A stretch of DNA of 64,000 bases from Opitutales bacterium (GCA_965226885.1 CBDDEL010000017.1:831739-895738), one strand, 5' to 3'. Counted from the first letter of the stretch, positions 18,875 to 30,511 are shown. Translations and numbers: made by a program. Notes: generated by a model not told the origin, from the sequence alone.

Positions 18875-21793
18875 GTGCCCGGCGCTTCCGATGGAAGTTA
18901 TCACTTTGTTATATTGCCTGACACACAATATTACTACGGCGATCAGGGCCCCGGAAATTTTGGCAAATGGCTCGCGCAGATGAATTGGATCCGTGATCAC
19001 GCCGAGTCGCATAACCTAAAATATGTCTTGCACCTCGGTGATATCACCGATCAAGCCGATCATTCATCAACGCATTTGACGCAATGGGGAAGGGCCACTA
19101 GCGCTGCCAACGGAATCATGGACAAAGTACCGATGTCTCTTGTCACGGGAAACCACGACGGCCTAGATAACAGCCGGACATCGCTCTTTTCGAATCCCGA
19201 GTATTTTGGCACAGGCAGCGTCTATGCAAATCAGCCGACATTGATCGAAACAATGGAGCCCGACAAGTGGGAAAACAGTGTCCATCGTATAGAAATCGAA
19301 GGGCGATTCTGGCTCATCATTTGCTTCGAATGGGGTCCCCGGGATGAGGTGATTGCCTGGGCAGACGATGTATTGAACCGGTTTCCCGATGATTACGCCA
19401 TTTTGACCACGCATGCTTATTTATTTCGAGATAGCAGCCGATTTGACTGGGATTTACTGGGCTCTCATGATAGGGAAGACAGGCAAAGGGGTAACCCGAT
19501 CGGTTACGAAGCGCTGAATGGAGACCCGGATGGCGCTAACGATGGGCAGTTGATATGGAACAAACTGATTCGAGATCATAGCAACGTAAAACTGGTGCTC
19601 AATGGACACGTCAGCCGCAGTGGGCACGGCAGGCGGGTATCGATCAATGATGACCGGCATTTTGTGCAACAACATCTGGTCAATTTTCAGCACTGGAGTG
19701 GTGATGGAAATGGCAGGATGCGCCTGATGGAGTTCAATCCGGCCAGCGATATGGTTCAGGTAAAAAGTTTTTCACCGTTTTCCGGTGAAATTCTCAAAGG
19801 GCCGGATCTGGAATTTGCCTTTATCTTTTCTCTATCCACCCGGCCGCTCAAGACCCACTACCGCGAGGCTTTGCAGGAACTCAATCCGGTGGCCGCATTC
19901 AGACTACTGGGAGAGGATGCGCGCCGACCTTTGATCAGCCAATTCCCAACATGGGAATTGGCACAGACAGAGGGCTTCGCCGCCGATGATGCCTCCCACT
20001 TTCAATCTGACAGTCGCATCCATTATCAAAGCAGTCAAACAACCACAGATGCCTGGACTGCGCTCTTTTGGTTTCGTTCAGATAGTGCGGAAGAAATGAT
20101 TCCGCTTCTGCGCATTGGCGGGGAATCCGGGGAGACCTTGTCAGTTCTGGCCGACACCAGCCCGTTCATGCTTATCCCTTTGGATACCAGCTATTCGCAG
20201 TCAGAATTCGAGGAAAGCTCTAATCGATTGACGGTGAAGATGGAGCCTTCTCAGTGGCATCACCTCGCCCTCAAATATGAAGAAGGACAATTGATGCCAA
20301 TCCTCGACGGTGAAGTCCTGTCCACCATCGATTTTCCAGTTGCCGAAGTCAGTAGTTTTACTCTTGGAGATTTCGCTGATGACTCGGTTGAAACGGATGC
20401 CGAGTGGAATATGGTGGATTTCTCCTACCATGCACGGGCACTTTCGACCTCGGATATCGAATGGCTATGGCGTAGCGCTTTCTGCCAGACGATTTCCGGT
20501 GAAGTAATCCTTAATGAAGGGTTGAACCCTGTGCCTTTGATAGAGGTTCAACAGGATGGCTATCCTGGTTTTGCATTGCGCTCGGAAACTGGTGGCGAAA
20601 TCTTATTTGGCACCGCGGAAACGAGCATTTATCGAATACAGGACGAACCAGGCGCATCGCGCGATCCCCATAGTCGCTATTTGCGTATGCCGCGAACTCT
20701 GGAATACAGTGAGGGCATTTTGCTGACCACGCCTCAGGTCTCCGATTCCTCCAATCCTGGCGTAGCGCCTCCCCCGGTACAATTGAAAACAAGCAACCGA
20801 ATCGAGGGAAAGTATTTCGGAAGCAGTTATGCGACGACGCAAATGAGCGTCCTGAACGTTCCCTTACCTTTTCCAAATAATGGGTCGTTCGTGAAGCTGA
20901 ATTCAACGTTCTTCCCTTTTGCCAGTGATCGGAAAGGCGGTTACATCAACGAGTCAGCTCAATATCTCTATGGACAGGAAGATGTGATCGAAGAAGTCGC
21001 AGTAAGCAGGCTTGGAGGGGGAAGATATCGTCTCACTCCGCCGGAAGCCTGGAACCCCTTGACGCTGCTCGGCCAGTCCTCCGAGCAAAATACCCGGATG
21101 ACTGTTCAACCTGTCGAAAGCGGATGGGAAGTGACCATCCACGAGACAGACCAGCAACCGTCTTCCGGCAGAGTGCCTTTTGCCTTTGTCTTCCTTCCTA
21201 AAGATGTCCCAGGAGTTCGATCCGGTTGGTTTGACCCCGCCGATTCCGCCGGCCAAGGCTCCCCTTGGGAAAAGACGGGTACCGGATCCTATCGGTTCAC
21301 GGTGCCATTGGAAAACGGGCCGCGCGGTGTGCTCCAGATTACTCCTGGCGCTACCGCTGGAGGCGAGGCGCCCCTTTTTAAATTATATTCATCGGATGAA
21401 GGGGTTTGGGAATTAACATTCGAGATAAATGGCGAGACGATTGACGTTCCATTTGCCTGGGCTTGGATTTCATTGGAGGCGGGCTATCCAGTCAAGGCAG
21501 CGCCTGCGGACGCCCGCGTTTTGGAAGCCCTCGAAGACGCCGCGTATGGGGATTTGGGATGGTATTTTAGTGAACGTTTATCCTGGATATTCGTAGATTC
21601 AGATTTCTGGCCCTGGGTATGGAGCCCTGGTTCCGGCTGGCTCTTTCTTTTTTTGGAAACGGCCCCTGCGGATGACTTCTGGTTCTTCGAGTGGGCAAGT
21701 GGCGCATTTCTCTATGTCGACCGAGCAGTTCCCTCCTGGGCCTGGTCAACGAAGGATGGTTGGATTCCCTGGCCCCTGGAATCCTTAAACTAA
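18875..21793 (+). CDS. Calcineurin-like metallophosphoesterase with LamG-like domain and Trp-rich C-terminal domain
   Basis: LPDTQ, HLGDITD, TGNHD, TTHAY, LNGHV motifs; QWHHLAL LamG-like motif; true start may be upstream (about 18782). Confidence 0.85.
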   Translation: MPGASDGSYHFVILPDTQYYYGDQGPGNFGKWLAQMNWIRDHAESHNLKYVLHLGDITDQADHSSTHLTQWGRATSAANGIMDKVPMSLVTGNHDGLDNSRTSLFSNPEYFGTGSVYANQPTLIETMEPDKWENSVHRIEIEGRFWLIICFEWGPRDEVIAWADDVLNRFPDDYAILTTHAYLFRDSSRFDWDLLGSHDREDRQRGNPIGYEALNGDPDGANDGQLIWNKLIRDHSNVKLVLNGHVSRSGHGRRVSINDDRHFVQQHLVNFQHWSGDGNGRMRLMEFNPASDMVQVKSFSPFSGEILKGPDLEFAFIFSLSTRPLKTHYREALQELNPVAAFRLLGEDARRPLISQFPTWELAQTEGFAADDASHFQSDSRIHYQSSQTTTDAWTALFWFRSDSAEEMIPLLRIGGESGETLSVLADTSPFMLIPLDTSYSQSEFEESSNRLTVKMEPSQWHHLALKYEEGQLMPILDGEVLSTIDFPVAEVSSFTLGDFADDSVETDAEWNMVDFSYHARALSTSDIEWLWRSAFCQTISGEVILNEGLNPVPLIEVQQDGYPGFALRSETGGEILFGTAETSIYRIQDEPGASRDPHSRYLRMPRTLEYSEGILLTTPQVSDSSNPGVAPPPVQLKTSNRIEGKYFGSSYATTQMSVLNVPLPFPNNGSFVKLNSTFFPFASDRKGGYINESAQYLYGQEDVIEEVAVSRLGGGRYRLTPPEAWNPLTLLGQSSEQNTRMTVQPVESGWEVTIHETDQQPSSGRVPFAFVFLPKDVPGVRSGWFDPADSAGQGSPWEKTGTGSYRFTVPLENGPRGVLQITPGATAGGEAPLFKLYSSDEGVWELTFEINGETIDVPFAWAWISLEAGYPVKAAPADARVLEALEDAAYGDLGWYFSERLSWIFVDSDFWPWVWSPGSGWLFLFLETAPADDFWFFEWASGAFLYVDRAVPSWAWSTKDGWIPWPLESLN

Positions 21794-21821
21794 TTATATG
21801 AAGCATAGTTATATTTAAATT

Positions 21822-23162
21822 ATGAACGCACATTTCATTGGGAGGACCACGCTCCTTATCCTGTGGTATATTTTCCCGATGCTCGTGATCGGAGCGGGGA
21901 GGGAAATCTCTTCCGATCCTCAACCGCAGTGGTGGAAGGGTAATCTTCACACCCACACTTTCTGGTCCGACGGTAATGATTTTCCTGAAATGGTGGCTGA
22001 GTGGTATCTTGACCATGGATATAATTTTCTGGCCTTATCCGATCACAATATACTCAGCCAGGGACAGAAGTGGGTTTCTCTGGAAAAGGCGGATCAAAGT
22101 TCAAACGGAGACGCCTATCCAAAGTATCTGAAACGCTTTGGTCATCATTGGGTGGAAACCCGCGGTTCGAGGGAAGAAGGCAATCTTGAAATTCGACTGA
22201 AGCCGTTAAGTGAATACCGGGCTCTGGTCGAGCAGCGTAACCGTTTTATCATGATTCAGGGCGAGGAGATCACGGATGGAGCCGATAATGGAATGTCGAT
22301 TCATATGAACGCAACCCATCTCAGTGAGCTGATCCCTCCGCCCGGCGGCAAAACGGTCAAAGAAGTCATCGCAAACAGTTTGCGTCTGGTTCGGGAACAG
22401 AGTCATCGCCTTGGCCGGCCCATACTTATCCATGTCAATCACCTGAACTACAAATGGGGCGTCACGGCCGAGGACTTGGCCGGCATTATCGACAACCGTT
22501 TTTTCGAAGTCTGGAACGGAGTGGATGGTGATCATGATCCGGGCGATGACGAACATCCCTCATCCGAAGAAATCTGGGATATCGCCAATACCTTGCGCAT
22601 GGTAACATTCAGTGCGCCACCCCTTTATGGGCTGGCCACGGATGATTCACATGATTATCACGGACACAAGGAGCGAGCGAAATCCGGCCGCGGCTGGGTC
22701 ATGGTGCGCGCCCGCCACCTCACGCCGGAATCCCTCATCAAGGCTTTTCATCGCGGTGATTTTTACTCCTCCACGGGTGTAGTGCTGAAAAACATCGATT
22801 TCGATGGGGAGCGGCTGGCAATCGAAATTGAATCGGTCGAGGGCGAGACGTATACAACTCGTTTTGTCGGGTCTCGCCGGGGCGTTAATGTGGAGGGTGT
22901 TTCCAGGAGAGATGACGAGGGAAACATTATACTCACAACCCTTGATTACACCAGCAGCGAAGGGACGCAGATAGGAGAGGTATTCTCCGAGGTGACTGGA
23001 AATCTGGCGACCTATCGCATGGAAGGGGACGAGCTCTATGTGCGCGCAATCATTACTTCAGATGCTGAACCCGCTGTCCCAAGCAAGGAATTTCCGTATA
23101 AACGCGCGTGGACCCAGCCCGTCGGTCGGACGCGTTGGATCGAATCTGATTCGGGAAACTAA
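21822..23162 (+). CDS. PHP-domain metallohydrolase (histidinol-phosphatase/CehA-McbA-like), secreted
   Basis: WWKGNLHTHTFWSDG, LSDHN, NHLN, ATDDSH, GDFYSSTG. Confidence 0.85.
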   Translation: MNAHFIGRTTLLILWYIFPMLVIGAGREISSDPQPQWWKGNLHTHTFWSDGNDFPEMVAEWYLDHGYNFLALSDHNILSQGQKWVSLEKADQSSNGDAYPKYLKRFGHHWVETRGSREEGNLEIRLKPLSEYRALVEQRNRFIMIQGEEITDGADNGMSIHMNATHLSELIPPPGGKTVKEVIANSLRLVREQSHRLGRPILIHVNHLNYKWGVTAEDLAGIIDNRFFEVWNGVDGDHDPGDDEHPSSEEIWDIANTLRMVTFSAPPLYGLATDDSHDYHGHKERAKSGRGWVMVRARHLTPESLIKAFHRGDFYSSTGVVLKNIDFDGERLAIEIESVEGETYTTRFVGSRRGVNVEGVSRRDDEGNIILTTLDYTSSEGTQIGEVFSEVTGNLATYRMEGDELYVRAIITSDAEPAVPSKEFPYKRAWTQPVGRTRWIESDSGN

Positions 23163-23216
23163 ATGGAGGCAAACCGTCCGCCGAGAAAGAAATTCAATTA
23201 TTATGGAGCTTACGTG

Positions 23217-24209
23217 ATGAAGTTATTTTTAATAAGTTTGGTGCTCAGTCTGAGCCTTACGGCCATGGCTGTTGTTGATGCTGCTAATAATAAAAAAGTA
23301 AAAAGCGTGGAATTGCCAGATATGAAACCGGTGAAGCTTAAGGCCTACGGGCAATTGGAAGAGAATGCGCATCTCGAGCCTTCGGGCATGGTCAAGAGCC
23401 GGACGCATCCCAATCTCTATTGGACACTGAACGATTCGGGCGACGGAGCCCGCATTTTTCCGCATGACCGTAATGGAAAGCTCTATAATGAGAGAACCGA
23501 AGGGGTGCCTATATATGGCGCCTACAATGTCGATTGGGAAGATATGACGATTGATAATTACGGGCACATCATCGTCGGCGATATTGGTAACAATTCACAG
23601 GCCCGCCGCGATTTTACGCTTTATTGGGTGCTGGAGCCGAATCCGGTAACTACGCGGATCAACTTTTTGAAGAAGGTTTTCTTCACCTATCCGGATTATC
23701 CCGTCCCTTCAGAACTCCCGGCGAAAATGAGGAATTACGACAGTGAGGGAATCTGGTGGGCGAATGGAAAAGTCTATGTCGTAACAAAGAATCGGAGCGA
23801 CTCATTGACGAGCCTGTATCGCCTGGACTCGGAAAAGCCTTTTGAGGTGAACACGCTGACTTATCTGGACTCGTTTGATGTCGGTGGAAGAACCACCGCG
23901 GCCGATACCACGCCGGATGGAACAAAGGTGGTGATTACCACGTACACGGCAATTTGGCTGTTCGAGGTCGAGCCGGGCAAGGACAACTACTTCGAGGGAA
24001 AGATTTCATGGCTTCCTATCGATACTTGGGTTCCGGGAGAAAGAATGCCATACGGTCAGAATGAGACCGTATGCTTTGATGGCGACAAGCTCATAATATC
24101 TTCCGGAGAAGGTGCGGAGGTGCCCATTGGAGGGACTTTGTATGAAGTGCCGTTGAGCGATCTCATCGTCGTGCAGGAATGGTCGTCCATTGGTGTCCTA
24201 GATAACTGA
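23217..24209 (+). CDS. Secreted beta-propeller-like protein (phytase-like/unknown function)
   Basis: EPSG, WTLNDSG, DWEDM, GDIGNN, YDSEG motifs; signal peptide MKLFLIS... Confidence 0.65.
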   Translation: MKLFLISLVLSLSLTAMAVVDAANNKKVKSVELPDMKPVKLKAYGQLEENAHLEPSGMVKSRTHPNLYWTLNDSGDGARIFPHDRNGKLYNERTEGVPIYGAYNVDWEDMTIDNYGHIIVGDIGNNSQARRDFTLYWVLEPNPVTTRINFLKKVFFTYPDYPVPSELPAKMRNYDSEGIWWANGKVYVVTKNRSDSLTSLYRLDSEKPFEVNTLTYLDSFDVGGRTTAADTTPDGTKVVITTYTAIWLFEVEPGKDNYFEGKISWLPIDTWVPGERMPYGQNETVCFDGDKLIISSGEGAEVPIGGTLYEVPLSDLIVVQEWSSIGVLDN

Positions 24210-24210
24210 A

Positions 24211-24771
24211 ATGCGGTATGATTTCGAATTTCGCATATTTAAATTAATTAAAAATTTGGTATCAATAAACGCCATGAGTCATTTAGCGGCAACAAGCATG
24301 GAACGGGAAACTCTCGAAATGACGGGTAGTTTGCAAGCGTTCATTGGAACGGACGAGGGAAGCATTCAAGCAATCGAAAATGATGCAAGATACCTTGACC
24401 ATGTGTTGAACCTGACACTAAAAATCGATTCCTGCCGAAAGCTGCGCGATCACTCAAATTATCTTGGAGGGAGGGATCGGTTTAAGGATGTTATTGACAC
24501 CTTTCTAGTACCAAAGGGGGAAACTCCCGCTGGTTTCCGCTTGAATTACGTTCTTGATAAAGACCGCGTTGTCCGCGTCGATCTGATCCGGGATATTTCC
24601 TACAATAAGAATGGCGAGAAGAGGCCAAGCAAGACCCTCTTCTCGGCGGATAGCGCGAATCCCTGCGAAGTAGCCACTGATTCCCTTTTCGCCATTTCCT
24701 CTATTACGCGGAGTCGGTTATTTCGCAAGTTGAAAACCATTCCGCAAAATAGGGTCAATTGTTTATATTGA
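24211..24771 (+). pseudogene. Truncated transaldolase-family protein (N-terminal part)
   Basis: DLIRDISY..GEKRP..LFSADSANP then abrupt loss of similarity; located next to an aldolase. Confidence 0.55.
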
Positions 24772-24897
24772 AAGCGCTCTTTACGAAGATCCGATTCCGT
24801 ATTATTTTATAGCTACCCAAATAGTAATTCGTAAACAATTGTTTTACATAAAATCTCGCCTTTTAAAAATAATTCAACCCAACTGGAGATTAAAGAA

Positions 24898-25776
24898 ATG
24901 CCACTTTTAAGTTTAACACCCATGCTGTTGGAAGCGAGGCGCGGCGGTTACGCTGTGGGTGCCTTCAACCCCGTCGATTATGCCTCCATGAAGGCAATGG
25001 TGGAGGCCGCTGAAGAACTCGACGCCCCCGTCATCGTCCAGACATCCGCCAAAACGATCGTTTATTACAGCCACGAAACGCTGGTCGGATGGATGCGTGA
25101 ACTGGCAGAAAGTTCACCTGTCCCCGTCGCCCTGCATCTGGATCATGGCAAGGACCTTGAAATGATCAAAAAATGCATCAAAACCGGATGGACCTCGGTC
25201 ATGATCGACGCCTCCAATCTTCCTTTTGAGGAAAACCTGGCCCGTTCCCGGCAGGTGATTGAATGGGCGGCGGCCGTCGGTGTCGGGGTGGAGGCCGAAC
25301 TGGGGGAGATCGTCGGAGTGGAGGAGGATATAGTCGTGGCCGAGGAGGACTCCCATCTGGCCGACCCGGATAAAGCGGAACGGTTCTGCCGGGAACTCGA
25401 CCTGGGTGTTTTTGCCCCTGCCATCGGGACCGCTCACGGCTATTACAAGGGCGAACCCGATGTAAGGTTCGACCTCATCGAAGAAATATTCCGGCGTACG
25501 CAGACTCCGCTGGCCCTCCATGGCGGCACTGGCCTGCCGGATGAAACCATTCAGCGTTGCATAAAGCTTGGATGCGCAAAGGTAAACATATCGACCAACC
25601 TGAAGCACGCATTCATCGACGGATTCTGCGATTATCACCGGGACAATCCCAACGATTATGAGCCGCTGCGCGTCCTCAAGGGCCAATACGATGCCATGAA
25701 AGATCTGTTGAAAGCAAAAATTAAACAATTCGGCGGTGTCGGCAAGGCTGCGGATGTCAAAATCTCCGCCCAATGA
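24898..25776 (+). CDS. fba: Class II fructose/tagatose-bisphosphate aldolase
   Basis: VGAFN, LHLDHG, SVMIDAS, GTAHG, LHGGTG, KVNIST. Confidence 0.9.
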   Translation: MPLLSLTPMLLEARRGGYAVGAFNPVDYASMKAMVEAAEELDAPVIVQTSAKTIVYYSHETLVGWMRELAESSPVPVALHLDHGKDLEMIKKCIKTGWTSVMIDASNLPFEENLARSRQVIEWAAAVGVGVEAELGEIVGVEEDIVVAEEDSHLADPDKAERFCRELDLGVFAPAIGTAHGYYKGEPDVRFDLIEEIFRRTQTPLALHGGTGLPDETIQRCIKLGCAKVNISTNLKHAFIDGFCDYHRDNPNDYEPLRVLKGQYDAMKDLLKAKIKQFGGVGKAADVKISAQ

Positions 25777-26498
25777 AAGCGCTCATTTTCGATTGTGATG
25801 GTGTATTGGTCGATACCGAGCGCGATGGCCATCGCATCGCTTTCAACCGTGCCTTTTTTCATTTCGGCCTCAATATTGAATGGAGCGTCGATCTATATGG
25901 CGAACTCTTGAAAATATCCGGTGGAAAGGAGCGCATGCGCTATTTTTTCCAGGAAAATGGCTGGCCGGAAAATGCGACCGACCATGATCCTTACGTCAAA
26001 GATCTCCATAATGTGAAAACGGATCTTTTTATGCAAATCATAGAATCGGGGGAACTTCCCTTGCGGAGCGGTATTGCCCGATTGATCGACGAAGCGATTG
26101 AGGCAGGTCTCAAGCTGGCCATCTGTTCAACCTCGAATGAGCGTTCTGTTAATTTAATTGCCCAAAAGATGCTGGGCCGCGCCCGTTATGAAAGATTTGA
26201 CCATATTCTGGCCGGGGACGTTGTCTCCCGAAAAAAACCCGATCCTGAAATTTACAATCTGGCCAAAGAGCGCCTGGGATTGCGCGGAGAGGAATGCCTG
26301 GTTGTGGAGGACAGTCGCAATGGCCTCCTCGCGGTCAAAGGCGCCGGCTTACGTTGCCTCATAACCACCAGCGCCTACACCGCCAAGGAAGATTTTTCCG
26401 AAGCCGATCTAGTCGTCGAGGAATTAGGCGATCCGCCAGAAAGAACGCTTTCCCTGAGTGAGATCAAAGAGAAATTATTCGGCCGATATAAGGCTTAA
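25773..26498 (+). CDS. HAD-IA hydrolase, CbbY-like sugar phosphatase
   Basis: FDCDGVLVDTERDGHRIAFN, GGKERM, KKPDP, EDS. Confidence 0.9.
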   Translation: MKALIFDCDGVLVDTERDGHRIAFNRAFFHFGLNIEWSVDLYGELLKISGGKERMRYFFQENGWPENATDHDPYVKDLHNVKTDLFMQIIESGELPLRSGIARLIDEAIEAGLKLAICSTSNERSVNLIAQKMLGRARYERFDHILAGDVVSRKKPDPEIYNLAKERLGLRGEECLVVEDSRNGLLAVKGAGLRCLITTSAYTAKEDFSEADLVVEELGDPPERTLSLSEIKEKLFGRYKA

Positions 26499-26746
26499 AA
26501 GTCCCCACATATGGCGTATGATCAATAGAGTGCAATTACTGGTTTTAATCCCATATTCGGTTATTGAATCAGTATCTGAAAATTTCACATAATATCCGGA
26601 TTTAGACAACAGTTTGACTGCGAAAGGAATTTAAGTAAGTAAATGATTTTTATGGGAATTAGAGCAGTTTCTACGTGAACACCGGGGGAGAAATAAGAAG
26701 CGTGAATGAGTTAAAGTTAGCCGACGTAAAACTCGCATCTAAACTA

Positions 26747-28570
26747 GAGGCTGTCCCAAAAATATAAAGATTTTGTAGTCAACTGGATGACGTTTATAAA
26801 AATAGCCGGAAAGAGCATTTTTTTGCTCGCTCCGGCTAAAAAAGGGTTCTATAATTGCGTTAGCGAAAATCAATATAGCCCTTTCTATGAAAAATATAGC
26901 CATCCAATGCCTCCTGCGTCCAGCTTTAACTGTGGTCGACCGTTGCCTCGATTACGATAACTTTCGCGCCACCATCGAGCGTATCGACCGGCTGCTGATC
27001 GATTCGGAGGTGGAATCGCAGGGCGTTGATCTGGCCTTGGAAAGAGGCCAGCCAATGAGTGTAAAGGCCCGGCAAAAGCGGGCTAATTTTGCCCTCAAGG
27101 CGTTGCGTATGGAAACGCTGCGTTATCTGCTCGGTGGGATTTCGTTTCGGCATTTGTCGAGGGCTCTGGGCAGCAGCGATCTGTTGGCTGACTTTTGTCG
27201 TGTCCGCCATATCGACGGCATAAGGGGCATCTCCAAGAGCACCCTGGAACGGGCCTCGAAGTTTTTCAGCGAAGAGCAGTTGAGGGCCTTGCACCGGACC
27301 TTGACTGAGGTTGTGGGCGATGCCGATCTGGCCCGGCAGGTGGTGGGATTGGACAAGCCGATAGACACTACCATTTGCCTGCTCGACGGCACCTGTTTGG
27401 AGGTCAACATTCATTGGCCGACGGACTGGGTGCTGCTCAAGGATGTAGCGGGCACGCTGCTCAAAGCGATCCGGCTGATCCGTGAGAAGGCCGGTTTGCG
27501 CCATCGCATGCCGATCGAACCGGAGCCCTTGGCTCGGCAGATGAATCGGCTGTGCATACAGATGACCCACAGCCGGCGGCGAAAGGACAGCGCGCGGCAA
27601 CGCAAGGGTATCTTGAGGCAGATGAAAAAGCTGCTCAAACGGATCGGGGAGCATGCCCGCAGTCACCGGGAATTATTGCAAGCCTGCTGGGAGCAAAGCG
27701 ATTACAGCGAAAAACAGGTCCAACAGATCCTTACCCGGATGGAGCGCATGAGCGAGCTAATCCCGGTGGTCATCAAGCAAGCGCACGAGCGAATCATTGG
27801 CGGGCGCCAGGTGAAAAACGCAGAGAAAGTTTTGAGTGTTTACGAACCCGATGCGCAGGTGATTGTGCGAGGCAAAGCGGGCCAAGAGGTTGAGTTTGGC
27901 AACACCCTGTTTTTGGGTGAAAGCGTTGAAGGATACCTGCTGGACTGGAAACTCTACGGCAGCCGGACGCCAAGCGAAAATGAACAAATGCAAGAGAGTT
28001 TGCAAAGACAGAACCGCTTCAACCTAGCCGAACCCATAGCGGCCATGTGCGCGGACCGGGGATTCGCCTCCCAGCGGGCCCGCCGGCAGTTAGCCCAGGA
28101 GGGCATCTACGATGCGCTCTGTCCACGCGATCCGAAGCAGTTGAAAAAACGGATGGAGGAACCACACTTCAGGCAATTGCAAAAGCGCCGGGCCAGCACC
28201 GAAGGGCGGATCGGGGTATTGAAGAATCGCTGGCAGGCCGGGCGATTGCGCAGCAAAGGCTTTGCCAACCGCTCGATCAGCGTAGCCTGGTCGGTCCTCT
28301 CGCACAATCTATGGAAAGTGGCCAAGATGCTGGCCCAGCAAGATGAACTAAAAACCAAAGCGGCGGCCTAAATAAAGAGCGGAAAAGCAAGGACAATACT
28401 TTTTCACAGGCCTACTGTCGGCCCATACAAAGAAAACCAGGCAAACGGACCCCAAAACCAGAATCCTAACGTCATAGGAGAGCAAAGTCACCCCCTCCCA
28501 AAAGAAAATACCACTAAAATGAACACTCTTCAAAATCCCCTCGCAAAAATCACCCTTTTGGGACAGCCTC
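26747..28570 (+). mobile_element. 1824-bp DDE IS, copy 2 (transposase 26887..28371)
   Basis: Same TIRs and ORF as copy 1; flanks do not form a TSD. Confidence 0.92.
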
Positions 28571-28716
28571 CAGTTACAGAGCCACTACCTGTTCGAGGAA
28601 CACTTCTGTCTGCCCGCCCGGCCCAACGAAAACGGCGTGGTCGAGGGGATCGTGCGCTATGCCCGAGCCAACTTCCTGGTACCGGTGCCGCAGGTTCGGG
28701 ACCTGGAGGAACTCAA
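28571..28716 (+). pseudogene. IS21 istA internal fragment
   Basis: HFCLPARPNENGVVEGIVRYARANFLVP. Confidence 0.7.
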
Positions 28717-30213
28717 CCCCAATCTCCTCTTCCAGTGTTCCCACACTATCACCATGGCCATTGTATCGAGTTCACAATATTGTAACAAAAGTTGCTCCCA
28801 TACCTTTTTGATTTTTTCATCGTGGCTACTCTCTCCATAAAGCATCTCGGCGTATGCGGTCATTGCTTCTGTGCCCTCTTTTACGACTTCGGCCTCCTCA
28901 AAAATGTCGATGCTTTCAAGAGTCGCGTATGGGTCTAGCACTTGGCCATTCTCCTCGCGGTGATAACGACGAAACCAGGGAATTTCGTATAGCTCCGGGT
29001 TATTCTTCCAAATGGCCGGCAACACCATTTTAAGTGATGTGGAACCCTTCATTATTGGATGAAAATAATTGCCCAAGGTTAATTTGCAAAGTTCGAGCAC
29101 GGGACGTTGCCCGTTCACCTGCATTTGAAGCCAGTTGCGCAGATCATGCCCTCCAACGGCATTTTGGATACACTGCTCAAGAATTTGCTTCAATGTTGTG
29201 GTCTCATAGTCAGACCAAATAAGTAGCGTGCCGTTATCTCCAACAAAGTTGCGTAATGATTCCGCAAATTCGAGGTTGGGAACCTTTTTTTCCAAATTGA
29301 GCCACTCCCTCATGAATCGGTTCCTCTCCCGGTCTTGGCACGGTATGACAGCTCCACTGAAATGCCATCAACTCGAACGGTCGCATCCCCCTATGATAGG
29401 GAACGGCCGTCCGGAACGTTTCGAAGTCAATGAAGTGGAGTGGATATTCAATATCCATCATCACTTCCCTCAGCGCTGGATTAATCCACTCTTGATTCAG
29501 CCCTGTGTATTCGACCTGGATTGCTCTGCGAGCCCCCATTGTTCCCATGAAATAGTTTTTCGGCAGATCGTCGAAGGATACAAATCCATCAGCGATTCTT
29601 TGATCGACAAGCCGTTCTCCGTCCTGCTTCAACCGCCCCGCCTGATAGAGATCGAGAAGCCTCGGGTGCACATCCGCCAACTTCCCCCAACAGTCGCGAT
29701 ACCCACATCGCCCATCCATGCTGATTTTAGAATACTCGCAATCCCGGCATTTATAACCTAACTTGACAGATGGTTTGGTCAGCTTCTCACCCACATATTG
29801 CAACAGCCTATCGGCAAAAACAACTACCTCATCCCAAAGCTCGGCTACTTCATTGTTTACCTTGAACAGGATTAAAAATTCGTCATCCCGGACCAAGCTT
29901 TCATCCTCCAAGAAATCAACCTCTACGATTCTATCATTTTCTGGGGCCCTTCGGACCTTGAATTGGGTCAGGAGGCCCTCGATATCCGTCGTCTTCGCTT
30001 TGTCCGGCAACAAGAGGTAGGAGTCCACAGACGAATTCGGATAGGCTGTTTTCAAAACATATGTTTGAAACGCCACGTCTTCAATATACTCCCGCCATCC
30101 CGTTTCAATACCCCCTCTTTTACCACGGAACAAATGCCCATTTTGGTAGGCACTGGAGTCCCCGGATTTCGATTTCACTTCGATCAGATCAAAATGACTG
30201 CCCCTTTTAATTA
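28657..30213 (-). pseudogene. DUF2779-domain protein (PD-(D/E)XK-like N-terminus, RNase H-like C-terminus); 5' truncated and frameshifted near 29310
   Basis: LIEVKSKS, DVAFQTYV, YPLHFIDFET, FQWSCH, GSTSLKMVLPA, YCELDT. Confidence 0.8.
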
Positions 30214-30511
30214 GAGGCTGTCCCAAAGTTATAACCATTTGTTTTACAGTAAGTTAACTTGTTTATAAAGCTGTCATAAAGACCGTTTTTAGGGGATTTT
30301 GGGCAATTTCGATGTCTATAACACCGTCAGCCTTTCTCTTGTTTTGCATATTCAAATACAATTCTACCATAGACCTCTGTCTGACGCGATTATATTTATA
30401 ACGAATAGAGGCCTTATACAGCGTTTTTGACGGAATTGAATGACTTACGTTCCCTTACAGTTCGGAGTCGAATATCTCAATTCGCAAAATTCGGGTTTTT
30501 GGGACAGCCTC
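30214..30511. mobile_element. 298-bp MITE, copy A
   Basis: TIR GAGGCTGTCCCAAA shared with the 1824-bp IS; no transposase. Confidence 0.9.

Noticed and set aside
26510..26545. Possible degenerate Tn7 left end downstream of the HAD gene
   Set aside because: Only a weak resemblance (GATCAATAGAGT); no TGT terminus, no ACAAA TSD and no repeated sites.
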